Positions 41,892 through 50,400 of a DNA stretch of 64,000 nt are shown here, one piece after another. The notes under the pieces are model-generated. The model had not been told where the DNA came from. It worked only from the letters and a program-made list of their open reading frames with translations, and searched no databases. Source of the DNA: an uncultured Alphaproteobacteria bacterium (lineage in GTDB: Bacteria > Pseudomonadota > Alphaproteobacteria > Rhizobiales > Beijerinckiaceae); assembly GCA_963713695.1 (NCBI GenBank), contig CAVQMU010000002.1, positions 564,041 through 628,040 of the forward strand, written 5' to 3'. Position 1 is the first letter of the stretch. Each line of letters opens with the position of its first letter. The position numbers and the translations under genes are program-made.

Positions 41892-41916
41892 AACGCGCCG
41901 TCGCTGGAGATGTTCC
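41892..41916 (-). promoter_or_regulatory. sigma-EcfG (general stress response)-type promoter GGAAC-N16-CGTT
   Basis: Minus-strand reading AGGAACATCTCCAGCGACGGCGCGTTGC, 32 nt upstream of the ATG at 41862. Confidence 0.45.
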
Positions 41917-41924
41917 TGAAACCG

Positions 41925-41950
41925 GGAACAAATAGGAACAGTCGCGGTTT
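41925..41950 (+). promoter_or_regulatory. sigma-EcfG-type promoter-like motif GGAAC-N17-GTTT (divergent from the preceding one)
   Basis: GGAACAAATAGGAACAGTCGCGGTTT, 26 nt upstream of the ATG at 41976. Confidence 0.35.
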
Positions 41951-41975
41951 GTCGCGGCAATCGGAGGAGGCAATC

Positions 41976-42278
41976 ATGCCGCGCGGCGACAAGTCCAAAT
42001 ATACCGACAAGCAGGTCAGGAAGGCGCAGGACATCGAGGCGAGTTACGAAAGCCGCGGCGTGCCTGAGACGGAAGCCGAGCGCCGCGCCTGGGCGACTGT
42101 CAACAAGGACGACGGCGGCGGCAAGAAGCCTGGCGGCTCCGGGCGCGGCGCGGAGACTGGCCATCCGGCTGCCCATCGCGGCGGCGCATTGGGCGGCGAG
42201 GCCTCAGCGGGACGGCCAGCGCCAGAGCGTGCCGCTTCCGCGCGAAAAGCCGCCGCGACGCGTCGCAAAAAAGCATGA
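41976..42278 (+). CDS. small hydrophilic stress-protein-like protein (100 aa, Lys/Gly-rich C-terminus)
   Basis: MPRGDKSKYTDKQVRKAQDIEASYESRGVPETEAERRAWATVNKDDGGGKKPGGSGRG… Pattern recalled as typical of small stress-induced conserved hypothetical proteins of Rhizobiales. Confidence 0.55.
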   Translation: MPRGDKSKYTDKQVRKAQDIEASYESRGVPETEAERRAWATVNKDDGGGKKPGGSGRGAETGHPAAHRGGALGGEASAGRPAPERAASARKAAATRRKKA

Positions 42279-42325
42279 AGCGTGAGCAGAACGCATTGTA
42301 AACAATAAAAATTCCGCACTGTGAG

Positions 42326-42351
42326 GCAACCTTCGAAGCGCGTGCGACGTT
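42326..42351 (+). promoter_or_regulatory. EcfG-like promoter motif GCAAC-N17-CGTT upstream of the DUF4142 gene
   Basis: GCAACCTTCGAAGCGCGTGCGACGTT; one mismatch in the -35 element. Confidence 0.3.
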
Positions 42352-42405
42352 GGCTCCACTCTTCTTTCCTGGCGGCCGCGCGCCGCAGAAGCTTTGGAGC
42401 TACGC

Positions 42406-42945
42406 ATGAAAAGAATTATTCTCGCGACAACTTGCGCGCTTTTGACCTTTCCCGCCTTCGCCGAAACGGCGAGCGAGAAGCTCGGCGTCAACTCCGCCCT
42501 GGGCATAGCGCCGACCACGGCGGACTTCGTCAACGAGGCCGTCACGGGCAATCTGTTCGAGATCCGATCCAGCCAATTGGCCCAGAAAGACGGGGACGCT
42601 GCGACCAAGGCCTTCGCAGACCAGATGGTCGCGGACCATGAGAAAATGGGTAACGAACTCAAGGAGCTGATCCAGTCGAAAAAGATCGACGTGACGCTTC
42701 CCAGCGAACCGACCTCGAAACAGCAGTCGGAATTGAGCAAGCTCGAAAAACTCAAGAGCGCCGATTTCGACAAGCAATATCGGGCCGATCAGTATTCCGG
42801 TCACAAGGACGTCGTGTCGTTGTTCCAGCGCTACGCCAACAGCGGCGACAATGCAGATCTCAAGCAATGGGCGCAGAAGGAAGAGCCGATGCTCGAGCAT
42901 CATCTGCAGATGGCGCGGGACCTCGACAAACAGGCTTCCCGATAG
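42406..42945 (+). CDS. DUF4142-domain periplasmic protein
   Basis: Signal peptide MKRIILATTCALLTFPAFA; …DFVNEAVTGNLFEIRSSQLA…ADQMVADHEKMGNEL…. Confidence 0.8.
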   Translation: MKRIILATTCALLTFPAFAETASEKLGVNSALGIAPTTADFVNEAVTGNLFEIRSSQLAQKDGDAATKAFADQMVADHEKMGNELKELIQSKKIDVTLPSEPTSKQQSELSKLEKLKSADFDKQYRADQYSGHKDVVSLFQRYANSGDNADLKQWAQKEEPMLEHHLQMARDLDKQASR

Positions 42946-42974
42946 GTCTAATTCGCTCACACGAAAAACCAAAT

Positions 42975-42999
42975 GGCGACCTGTCGAGGTCGCCTTTTT
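42975..42999 (+). terminator. rho-independent terminator after the DUF4142 gene
   Basis: GGCGACC-TGTCGA-GGTCGCC followed by TTTTT. Confidence 0.55.
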
Positions 43000-43034
43000 G
43001 TCGCCCGGCGCTACATGCGTCCAGTCGCCGGCGC

Positions 43035-43186
43035 TACATGCGTCCTGTTGCAATGAGCACGATGACAATGATCAAGACCAGGCCCAGCCCGCCGCTCGGG
43101 TAATAGCCCCAACTCGAACTGTGTGGCCACGTCGGCAAGGCGCCGAGCAGCAACAAGACAAGAATGATAAGAATTATGGTGGACAT
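43035..43186 (-). CDS. DUF3309-family small membrane protein (50 aa; below the ORF-track length cut-off)
   Basis: Minus-strand translation MSTIILIILVLLLLGALPTWPHSSSWGYYPSGGLGLVLIIVIVLIATGRM*. Canonical DUF3309 pattern (TM, PTWP…W-GY-PSGG, TM). Confidence 0.7.
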
Positions 43187-43212
43187 GTTTCGCTCCCCTC
43201 GAATGCAACGCC

Positions 43213-43240
43213 AAAAGCCGCGCGTTCAAGAACGCGCGGC
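43213..43240 (-). terminator. rho-independent terminator (minus strand) after the 72-aa hypothetical gene
   Basis: Minus-strand reading GCCGCGCGTTC-TT-GAACGCGCGGC followed by TTTT. Confidence 0.55.
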
Positions 43241-43444
43241 TTTGTCTTCGTTTTCCTCGACGCAGACCTTGAGACAGGGAAACCGGTCGAGGATGCGCGA
43301 CGCCTCGGCTTCCGCTTCCTCGCGATTGTCGAACCCCCGCTTGGGCTGGTGGTCGACGACAAGGATGTAGCGCGCCGCCTCTTTTGGCGTTTGACGTCGC
43401 GCCGGCGCTTGGAGGCGCGTCGTCGCCTGATCCTGGAAACGCAT
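43226..43444 (-). CDS. hypothetical small protein (72 aa)
   Basis: …ARYILVVDHQPKRGFDNREEAEAEASRILDRFPCLKVCVEENE…; protein-like composition with a terminator hairpin at its 3' end. Confidence 0.45.
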   Translation of the reverse strand: MRFQDQATTRLQAPARRQTPKEAARYILVVDHQPKRGFDNREEAEAEASRILDRFPCLKVCVEENEDKAARS

Positions 43445-43451
43445 GTCCGCC

Positions 43452-43532
43452 TCAGTGATGGAAGAACAGCGCGAGCAATATGATGATGGGTATTGGCACG
43501 CCCAGCAGCCAGAGCAGGATTCCTCTTCCCAT
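43452..43532 (-). CDS. 26-aa hydrophobic micro-protein with a strong Shine-Dalgarno
   Basis: AAAGGAGGCTATC-ATG then MGRGILLWLLGVPIPIIILLALFFHH*. Lies immediately upstream of the 72-aa gene. Confidence 0.45.
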   Translation of the reverse strand: MGRGILLWLLGVPIPIIILLALFFHH

Positions 43533-43663
43533 GATAGCCTCCTTTGTTGTGATGCAGCCGGTCATCGAGGAATAGGCCATCGCGCCGGGCCGAGCCGGAC
43601 GCCGTCGAAACTAGCTCGTTCGATGAAGGCGGTCGCGATGCAAAAGCAAATCGGGACCGGGAC

Positions 43664-44548
43664 CTAACGCTGCATCGCGCGATCGGGTTCCGCCTGGTTT
43701 GCCTGGCCGGCGAGCCCCATTCCGGATCTGGTCGCGCCTTGGCGTTTCAGCTCGTTCGTCACGACCTCGAAAAGCACGAGATTGGCGATGCCGAACGCAG
43801 TGGAGATCGGCACGTCCGCGGCGTCGCGCCCGTGCCCCATCACGACGCGGCCGATGCGGGGCTCATTGTGGCGCGCGTCGAACGTGAACCAGCGACCATC
43901 AAGGAAAACCTCGAACCATGCGCTGAAATCCATCGGCGCGGGATCGGGGGGAACGCCGATATCGCCGAGATATCCTGTGCAATAACGTGCGGGCATGTTC
44001 ATGCAGCGGCAGAGCGCGATTGCGAGGTGAGCGAAGTCGCGACAGACGCCGATGCCCTCATGCATCGAGTCGCTGGCGCAACGCGTGGGGCGCGCGTCGG
44101 GATAGCTGAAGCGGATCTTTTCGTGCACGAAATCGCAGATCGCCTGCACGCGGCGGTAGCCGCCGGCGATATTGCCGAAATTCGCCCAGGCGAAATCCTG
44201 GAGCTTGTCGCTGTCGCAATAGCGGCTCGATGTCAGGTAGATCAGCACGTCGTCGGGAAGCCGGGCGACGGGCGTGAGGTCTTCGTCAGGCGGCGTTTCC
44301 TCCCGCTCGCCGGAATCGGCGATGACGAAATGATTTTTGAACGCGACACGGCCGGGCGGCGCAACAAGCCGCGTGACGCGATTTCCAAACACATCGAGAT
44401 AGGCGGACATTGGCAGGATCGGGTCCGACAGGATTATGTCAGGCGATCGTAAGTCGGCCTCGCGCGACGGATGGATATTGAGCTGCAACAGCATCGGCGT
44501 TTCCGCCGGACAGTCGAATGCGATATGAAAACCGGCTTCAATCAGCAT
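43664..44548 (-). CDS. transglutaminase-like superfamily protein (Bact_transglu_N plus TGase core)
   Basis: …GIGVCRDFAHLAIALCRCMNMPARYCTGY… with conserved Cys/His/Asp core residues. Confidence 0.8.
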   Translation of the reverse strand: MLIEAGFHIAFDCPAETPMLLQLNIHPSREADLRSPDIILSDPILPMSAYLDVFGNRVTRLVAPPGRVAFKNHFVIADSGEREETPPDEDLTPVARLPDDVLIYLTSSRYCDSDKLQDFAWANFGNIAGGYRRVQAICDFVHEKIRFSYPDARPTRCASDSMHEGIGVCRDFAHLAIALCRCMNMPARYCTGYLGDIGVPPDPAPMDFSAWFEVFLDGRWFTFDARHNEPRIGRVVMGHGRDAADVPISTAFGIANLVLFEVVTNELKRQGATRSGMGLAGQANQAEPDRAMQR

Positions 44549-44645
44549 GAAATCAATCTCGGACGAGGGCGACCGGCGTTCTGGCCGGACGCGATTTTCT
44601 GGAACCCGATCCGAGCAAGTTCAGACAGGCCGATGATAACGACTT

Positions 44646-45554
44646 TCAGCGCGTCCCGGTTCCCGCGGCGTCGCTTTCCGAGAGTTGGCGGACGAGGACG
44701 GTGACATCCATCCTGTCCTCCTCCGAAGACTTGCCGTAGTAATAACCGTGCAGCGGAATGGCCTGCTGCGCTTCGCGGGCGACCGCGACGCGGATGAGAT
44801 CGCGATTGCCGACGATGCCATTGGTCGGATCGAATTCGACCCAGCCCGAGCCTGGCAGATAGATCTGCACCCAGGCGTGGGTCGAGCCGCCGCCAAGATA
44901 GGCGTGAGCGGCATCGCGGTCGGGCACGTAGAGATAGCCGGAGACAAAACGCGCCGCAAAGCCCAGCGCCCGCGCCGCCTCCATCATCAGGGTCGCGAAG
45001 TCGCGACAGGAACCGCGCCGCCGCGCCAGGGTCAGGAGCGGAGACTGCGTGCCCTGCTCGATGCGCCGTTCGTAATAGAGCCCTTCCTTGATCGCATAAT
45101 TGAGGGTCATGAGCAGCTCGGCCGTCTCGGTGTCGCGTCCCTGATGCAGGAAGCGACGGACCCATTTGTCGAGTTCGCCATGGGGATCGGCATAATGCCG
45201 TTCGATCGAACGGGCGAGGTCGGGCATTTCCTCTCCGTCATAGGCGAAGGGATAGAGTTTGGCCCGTTCGTCGAGCAGAAACTCGCTGCCTTCAAACGGC
45301 GTGTGCTCGACAAGGATGCGGCTTTCGACGCGCAATTGTCGCGTCGCGTCGGAAAAATCCGCAACGGCGACGCAATTGTCGAAGACGTCGTGGATCCAGC
45401 GCAGGCGGCGCGGCGTCGGATCGATGTCGAGCCGCGCGTCGAGCAGGCGCTGGTCGTTGCTGTCGCGTGGGCGCAACATCATCCGATGCTCGCCGAGGCG
45501 GACGGGCGCAGCATAGCTGTAGCTGGTGATGTGATTGACCGAAAAGACGGGCAT
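44646..45554 (-). CDS. transglutaminase-like superfamily protein (second, paralogous)
   Basis: MPVFSVNHITSYSY… (Bact_transglu_N) and …RRGSCRDFATLMMEAARALGFAARFVSGY…HAWVQIYLPGSGWVEFDPTN… True start at 45554; the listed ORF to 46238 is an extension. Confidence 0.8.
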   Translation of the reverse strand: MPVFSVNHITSYSYAAPVRLGEHRMMLRPRDSNDQRLLDARLDIDPTPRRLRWIHDVFDNCVAVADFSDATRQLRVESRILVEHTPFEGSEFLLDERAKLYPFAYDGEEMPDLARSIERHYADPHGELDKWVRRFLHQGRDTETAELLMTLNYAIKEGLYYERRIEQGTQSPLLTLARRRGSCRDFATLMMEAARALGFAARFVSGYLYVPDRDAAHAYLGGGSTHAWVQIYLPGSGWVEFDPTNGIVGNRDLIRVAVAREAQQAIPLHGYYYGKSSEEDRMDVTVLVRQLSESDAAGTGTR

Positions 45555-45672
45555 GTGTTTCCGACCGCGACGGAGGCCGCCCTTCGACAATTCAACCGCA
45601 GCGATTTGGTTCGAAGCGCATACTGAACTTTGCCGCAAGGCGGACGTTGGATGACCGGTCGACACGGTTGCT

Positions 45673-46731
45673 GTGGCGGCGGGAGCGATGTTCATGCCAG
45701 GGTTTACCGAACGCCGGGGCGAAATCGCCGACTGGTCGATGATCGGCCTTTTCTTCCTGGCGGCTTTCGCAGTCATGCGGTCCATGTCGGAACTGCTGGC
45801 GCCGATGATCGCCGCGCTGATCTTTGGCGCCTTGCTCTCGCGCATGGTCGATCGCCTGTCGCGGGCGGGCGTGCCGCCCCTGATTTCGGCTATCGGCCTT
45901 CTCTCCATCGCGGGATCGCTGATCGTGATTTTTGTCAATTCCCTGCTCGAACCCCTTGCCGGCTTCATCTCGCATGCGCCGGAAATGCTCAAATCGCTCG
46001 TCAATGCGCTGGCGCCGATCACGCAGCCGTTTCTTTCGGCGCAGCGGGGGCTGTCCTCGTCCGTTGGCGGCCAGACCGGCGGCTCAATTCTGATGGACAA
46101 GGGGTTTGCCGGACTGACCGCATTTTTTGGCGGCGTCACGCCGGCGATCGGCGAGTTCGGAATTTTTTTCGTGACCATGGCCTTCTTCGTCGCCGGACGG
46201 CAATCCCTGCGGAGATGGGTGATCATGAGCTGGACCAATCGCGATCAGCGTTTTTCAGCCCTGCGCATCGTCAACGCCGTCGAGGACTCGCTGGCGCTTT
46301 ATTTCGGCGCCGCCGCGACCATCTATGCGAGCGTCAGCCTGGCGACGACTCTGATCGCCTGGGTGTCGGGATTGCCGAAGCCGCTGCTGTGGGGCGCGCT
46401 GACCTTCTTCGCCTGCTTCATTCCCTATTTCGGCGCGGCGCTTGTTACGCTGGCGCTCGCCGCCGGAGGCATCGCGGCTCATCCCCAGATTGGTCTCGGA
46501 CTTGCGCCCGCCGCCGGCTTCCTGGCCGTGCATCTCGTCGCGGAAAACGCGATCGTTCCAGCCCTGCTCGGGCATCGCCTCGAGATCAATCCCTTCGTCG
46601 TCTTCATTTCGATCGTGTTCTGGAGCTGGATGTGGGGGGCGGTCGGGGCGCTGCTGGCGGTGCCGATATTGCTGATTTTCGACACAATCCGGCAGGAGTT
46701 CATCGCGCCCGAAATGGCGCTGCCGCGTTGA
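45673..46731 (+). CDS. AI-2E family transporter (PerM/UPF0118)
   Basis: Eight-TM-type protein with the C-terminal …WSWMWGAVGALLAVPILL… motif typical of AI-2E/PerM. Confidence 0.85.
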   Translation: MAAGAMFMPGFTERRGEIADWSMIGLFFLAAFAVMRSMSELLAPMIAALIFGALLSRMVDRLSRAGVPPLISAIGLLSIAGSLIVIFVNSLLEPLAGFISHAPEMLKSLVNALAPITQPFLSAQRGLSSSVGGQTGGSILMDKGFAGLTAFFGGVTPAIGEFGIFFVTMAFFVAGRQSLRRWVIMSWTNRDQRFSALRIVNAVEDSLALYFGAAATIYASVSLATTLIAWVSGLPKPLLWGALTFFACFIPYFGAALVTLALAAGGIAAHPQIGLGLAPAAGFLAVHLVAENAIVPALLGHRLEINPFVVFISIVFWSWMWGAVGALLAVPILLIFDTIRQEFIAPEMALPR

Positions 46732-47192
46732 CATGACGCGCGACAGCACCAATGGCGGAGTCGTTAAGGAAAAATTTACCATTGCGAGTAGAATCAGATG
46801 TGACAATTTGCAGAGGTAATAATAACCAAATCAGCAGGTTGAATATGGCGGTGGGCGACAATCTCGAGAAGATCCGGATTCAATGGATCCACCTGCAATT
46901 CGCCCGCGCCGACCTGAGATACGATCAGACGAATTTGCAAAAAGCCTGCCCGCTGAGCCTGAATTGCGAGGCCTTGAACGCGGCGCCCATTACGGGAAAT
47001 CCGAGAAGCATATTCCCTTGCGTGGATTGCCCCATGCGGCCGCAGGCCACGGCCTTGCAATAGGGCGGCCGCCTTGCCGGAACATGGCTCGACGTCGTGC
47101 GTTGTCAGGACAAGCGAAGGACAAGTCGGACGCCCGTTACGAGGAGGCCATCCGCAGTCATCGCATCCTCGCAGAATCAAGGGCGCACCCAC

Positions 47193-47417
47193 ATGAAGAC
47201 CACTTCGGGAATGTTGGCGCTTGTCATTCTGCTTCCGCTGTCGGCCGCGCCGGTCATGGCGAAAGGCTGCATCAAGGGCGCGATTGTCGGAGGCGTTGCG
47301 GGACATATGGCCGGGCACGGCAAGATGGGTGCGGCGGCTGGCTGCGCGATCGGTCATCACGAAGCCAACAAACCGCAGCCGGCGCCCCAGAACGGATCTG
47401 AGAATCAAGAGAAATGA
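47193..47417 (+). CDS. glycine-zipper (YMGG-like) small secreted or outer-membrane protein
   Basis: Signal peptide MKTTSGMLALVILLPLSAAPVMA; GAIVGGVAGHMAGHGKMGAAAGCAIG glycine zipper. Confidence 0.7.
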   Translation: MKTTSGMLALVILLPLSAAPVMAKGCIKGAIVGGVAGHMAGHGKMGAAAGCAIGHHEANKPQPAPQNGSENQEK

Positions 47418-47444
47418 CGGCTTTCCGATGCCCGTCCTGGGCAA

Positions 47445-47473
47445 GGGGCGCGAATAATTCGGCGCCCTTTTTT
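47445..47473. terminator. bidirectional hairpin terminator between the glycine-zipper gene and the convergent giant repeat-protein gene
   Basis: GGGCGCGAA-TAA-TTCGGCGCCC followed by TTTTTT. Confidence 0.55.
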
Positions 47474-47478
47474 GTCGA

Positions 47479-50400
47479 TTAAACGAACTTGAATTGCGAG
47501 GCGACCAGGCTCGACATCTGAACATTCGTCAGGGTGACGCTATCGGACGCGTCGAGCGAGATCATAGTATTCGCGCCGGACTGATGCATGTGGCTCGAAC
47601 TCGAAAGCACGGACCAACTGGAAAAATCCGATTTGCTGAACTGGATGGTGTCAGACGCCACAAAGTCATTGACGGCGTTCACGCCGATGGCCGGCTGAAA
47701 CACGAGCGCGTCCGACGTTCCAAACAGCGACAGCGAGTTTGAGCCGTACAGGTCCAAAGTGTCGCCGGCGCCGGTCACCGAGGCCTGGGCGCTGTTCACG
47801 TAGATCGTTCCGTTCGATGCGCCGACCGAATCCCAGGCGCCGCCCGTATTGTAGAGGGCCAGCGCGTCGCTGGAATTGCCGTCCAGCGTGATCGTATCGC
47901 CGCCGCCGGAGACCGAGGTCTGCGCGCCATTGATGTAGACGGCGCTGTTCGAACCGATGACCGAGTCCCAGTTTCCGCCTGTTCCGTAAAGGCTCACGGC
48001 AATGCCCGAACCGCTGGCGAAATAGACGGCGTCGCCGCCGCCCTGGATCGCCGTCTGCGCGCTGTTCAGATAGATTGCGCCCTTCGATCCATAGACCCAG
48101 TCCCAGCTTCCACCGGTGTTGTAGAGGCTTGCGGCATTGCCAGTGCCGCCGGCGAAATAAGCCTTTTCGCCGCCGCCATAGATCGCGGCCTGCGCGCCGG
48201 TCAGATAGATGGTTCCGCCGCTTGCATAGACAGTGTCCCAAATCCCCTGGCTGTAGTAGAGGCTCAAATCGTTATTTGAACCGCTGCTGAAGGCGATGGC
48301 GTCGCCGCCGCCCTGGACCGCAGCCTGTGCGCTGTTCAGATAGACCGATCCGTCGGACCCATAGACCCAGTCCCAGTTTCCGCCGGTATTGTAGAGCCCC
48401 GCAGCATTGCCGGAGCCGCTTGAGAAATTGATTGTTTCGCCCCCGCCTTGGACCGCGGCCTGCGCGCTGTTCAGATAGACGGTTCCATTTGTTGCGTAGA
48501 CCCAGTCCCAATTGCCGCCGGTGGTGTAGAGGCTCGCCGCATTGCTCGCGCCGGAGACGAAAACGATGACGTCGCCGCCGCCCTGGATCGCCGCCTGCGC
48601 GCCGTTCAGATAGACATCGCCATTCGAGCCATAGACCCAGTCCCAGTTTCCGCCGGTGTTGTAGAGGCTGGCTGCATCGCCCGAACCGCCGGCCAGATAG
48701 ACGGTGTCGCCGCCGCCATACACTGTGGCTTGGGCGCCATCGAGTTTGACGACGCCGCCGGAGCCGTTCACCTGATCCCAGTCGCCAGAGGTATTGTTGA
48801 GGTTCGCAAGGTCTCCCGAGGCGTTGGGGAAGTTCACGGTCACTCCGCCGCCGTTATCGGTGACGGCCGCGCCTGCCGCGTAGAGATTGATATCGGTTCC
48901 GCCCTGGCCGTCGGAGGAAAGGATGAAGTTCAGGCCTGCGTAATTGACGGTCGGATCGAGATTCACCTCGTAGGTCGCGCCATTGGCGACAATTTCGAGG
49001 ACATTTCCGGCGAGCAAGGTCGCGGAGCCGATTCCGTTGTACGCCACGCCGCGGAGATCGATCGTTTGCTGCACGGCCAGGGTGAAGCCAGCGACGACGT
49101 TCGTCGGCATGGCCGTCCCGTCGATCTGCAGCGTGGTCAGGCCGCCCCTGAAGGTGACGTCGCCGCTACCCTCGGACTGCGGCGTGGCAAGCTCCAGCGT
49201 GCCCAGCTCGATCGTCACGCCGCCGGTGAAAGTGTTTTGCGCGTCGAGCGTCAGCACGCCGGCGCCGTCGAGGGTCAGGCTTCCAGAGCCGGTCTGGCCG
49301 CTGGCGTCCTTTGACCCGGTCATGTCGGTTATGACATCGGAAATGGTTTCCGTCTGGCCGGCCGCGGGGGCGAAGACGATATTCTGATTGCCCTGGAGGA
49401 AAATGCCGGAGCCATAGGCCTGGCCATTGCCGCTGCCAGTGTTGCCCAGTCCGGCTGTGACCGAGCCTCCGGATAAGGAGCCGCCGTCAACAGTCAGCGC
49501 CGCGCCGCCCTGGACAAAAATACCGCCGCCCGCGCCGAGGCCGCCGCCGCCGCCTTTGCCCTCGCCGGAAGAGCCGCCGCCGAAGCCGCCAGAGACGGTT
49601 CCGGACGATGTGGCGCTGGCGCCGGCGCCGCCTCCGAAGCCGCCCACGCCGCCGCTGTTCCAAAAACTTCCGCCGCCGCCGCCGCCGAAACCTCCAGCGC
49701 CGCCGCCGACGGAGGAGCCGTTGACATAGCCGCCTAGCGTGCCCCCGCCGCCGCCGCCGAAGCCGCCAGCGCCTCCACCCGTGGCTCCATTGGCGCCGTC
49801 AACGCCACCGCCGCCCCCGCTGCCGCCCCCGCCGGCGCCCCCAGCGCCTCCCGAGGCGCCTCCCGCGGTATAACCGGATCCGCCTCCTGACGCTCCCGCC
49901 ACGATACCGGCCGCGGAGGGCGATCCACCGGATGACGCGTTCGCGTCAATGCCTCCGCCTCCGCTATCTGCGCCCCCATTGCCGCCCAAACCGCCGCCGC
50001 CGCCAAAATTGGCGATTCCGCTTCCAACGCCGCCTCCGGCTCCGCCGACGGCAGAATCGGCGCTGAAGACGACGCTGTCGAGCGTCACATTGGCCGGCGC
50101 AGCGCCGTCGGCGGAATCATTCGCCACGAACAATCCGCCGCCAAGGCCAGCGCCGCCGCCTCCGCTTGCTCCATTTGTCGAATTATCGCCGGAACCGCCC
50201 GCGCCGCCGACCGCCGCCGCGTTCGAAGATCGTCAAATTTTCAATGGTGACATTGCCTGAATAGACAAAAAATCCGCGAAAGGCGCCGGCGCCATTCAGG
50301 GTCGCGCCTGCGCCATTGATGGTCAGCGTGTCCCCGCCCTTGAGATTGATGGCTTCGAGATCGGCGGCTTCCGTCAGCGTCGCCCCGGCGCTGAGGGTAA

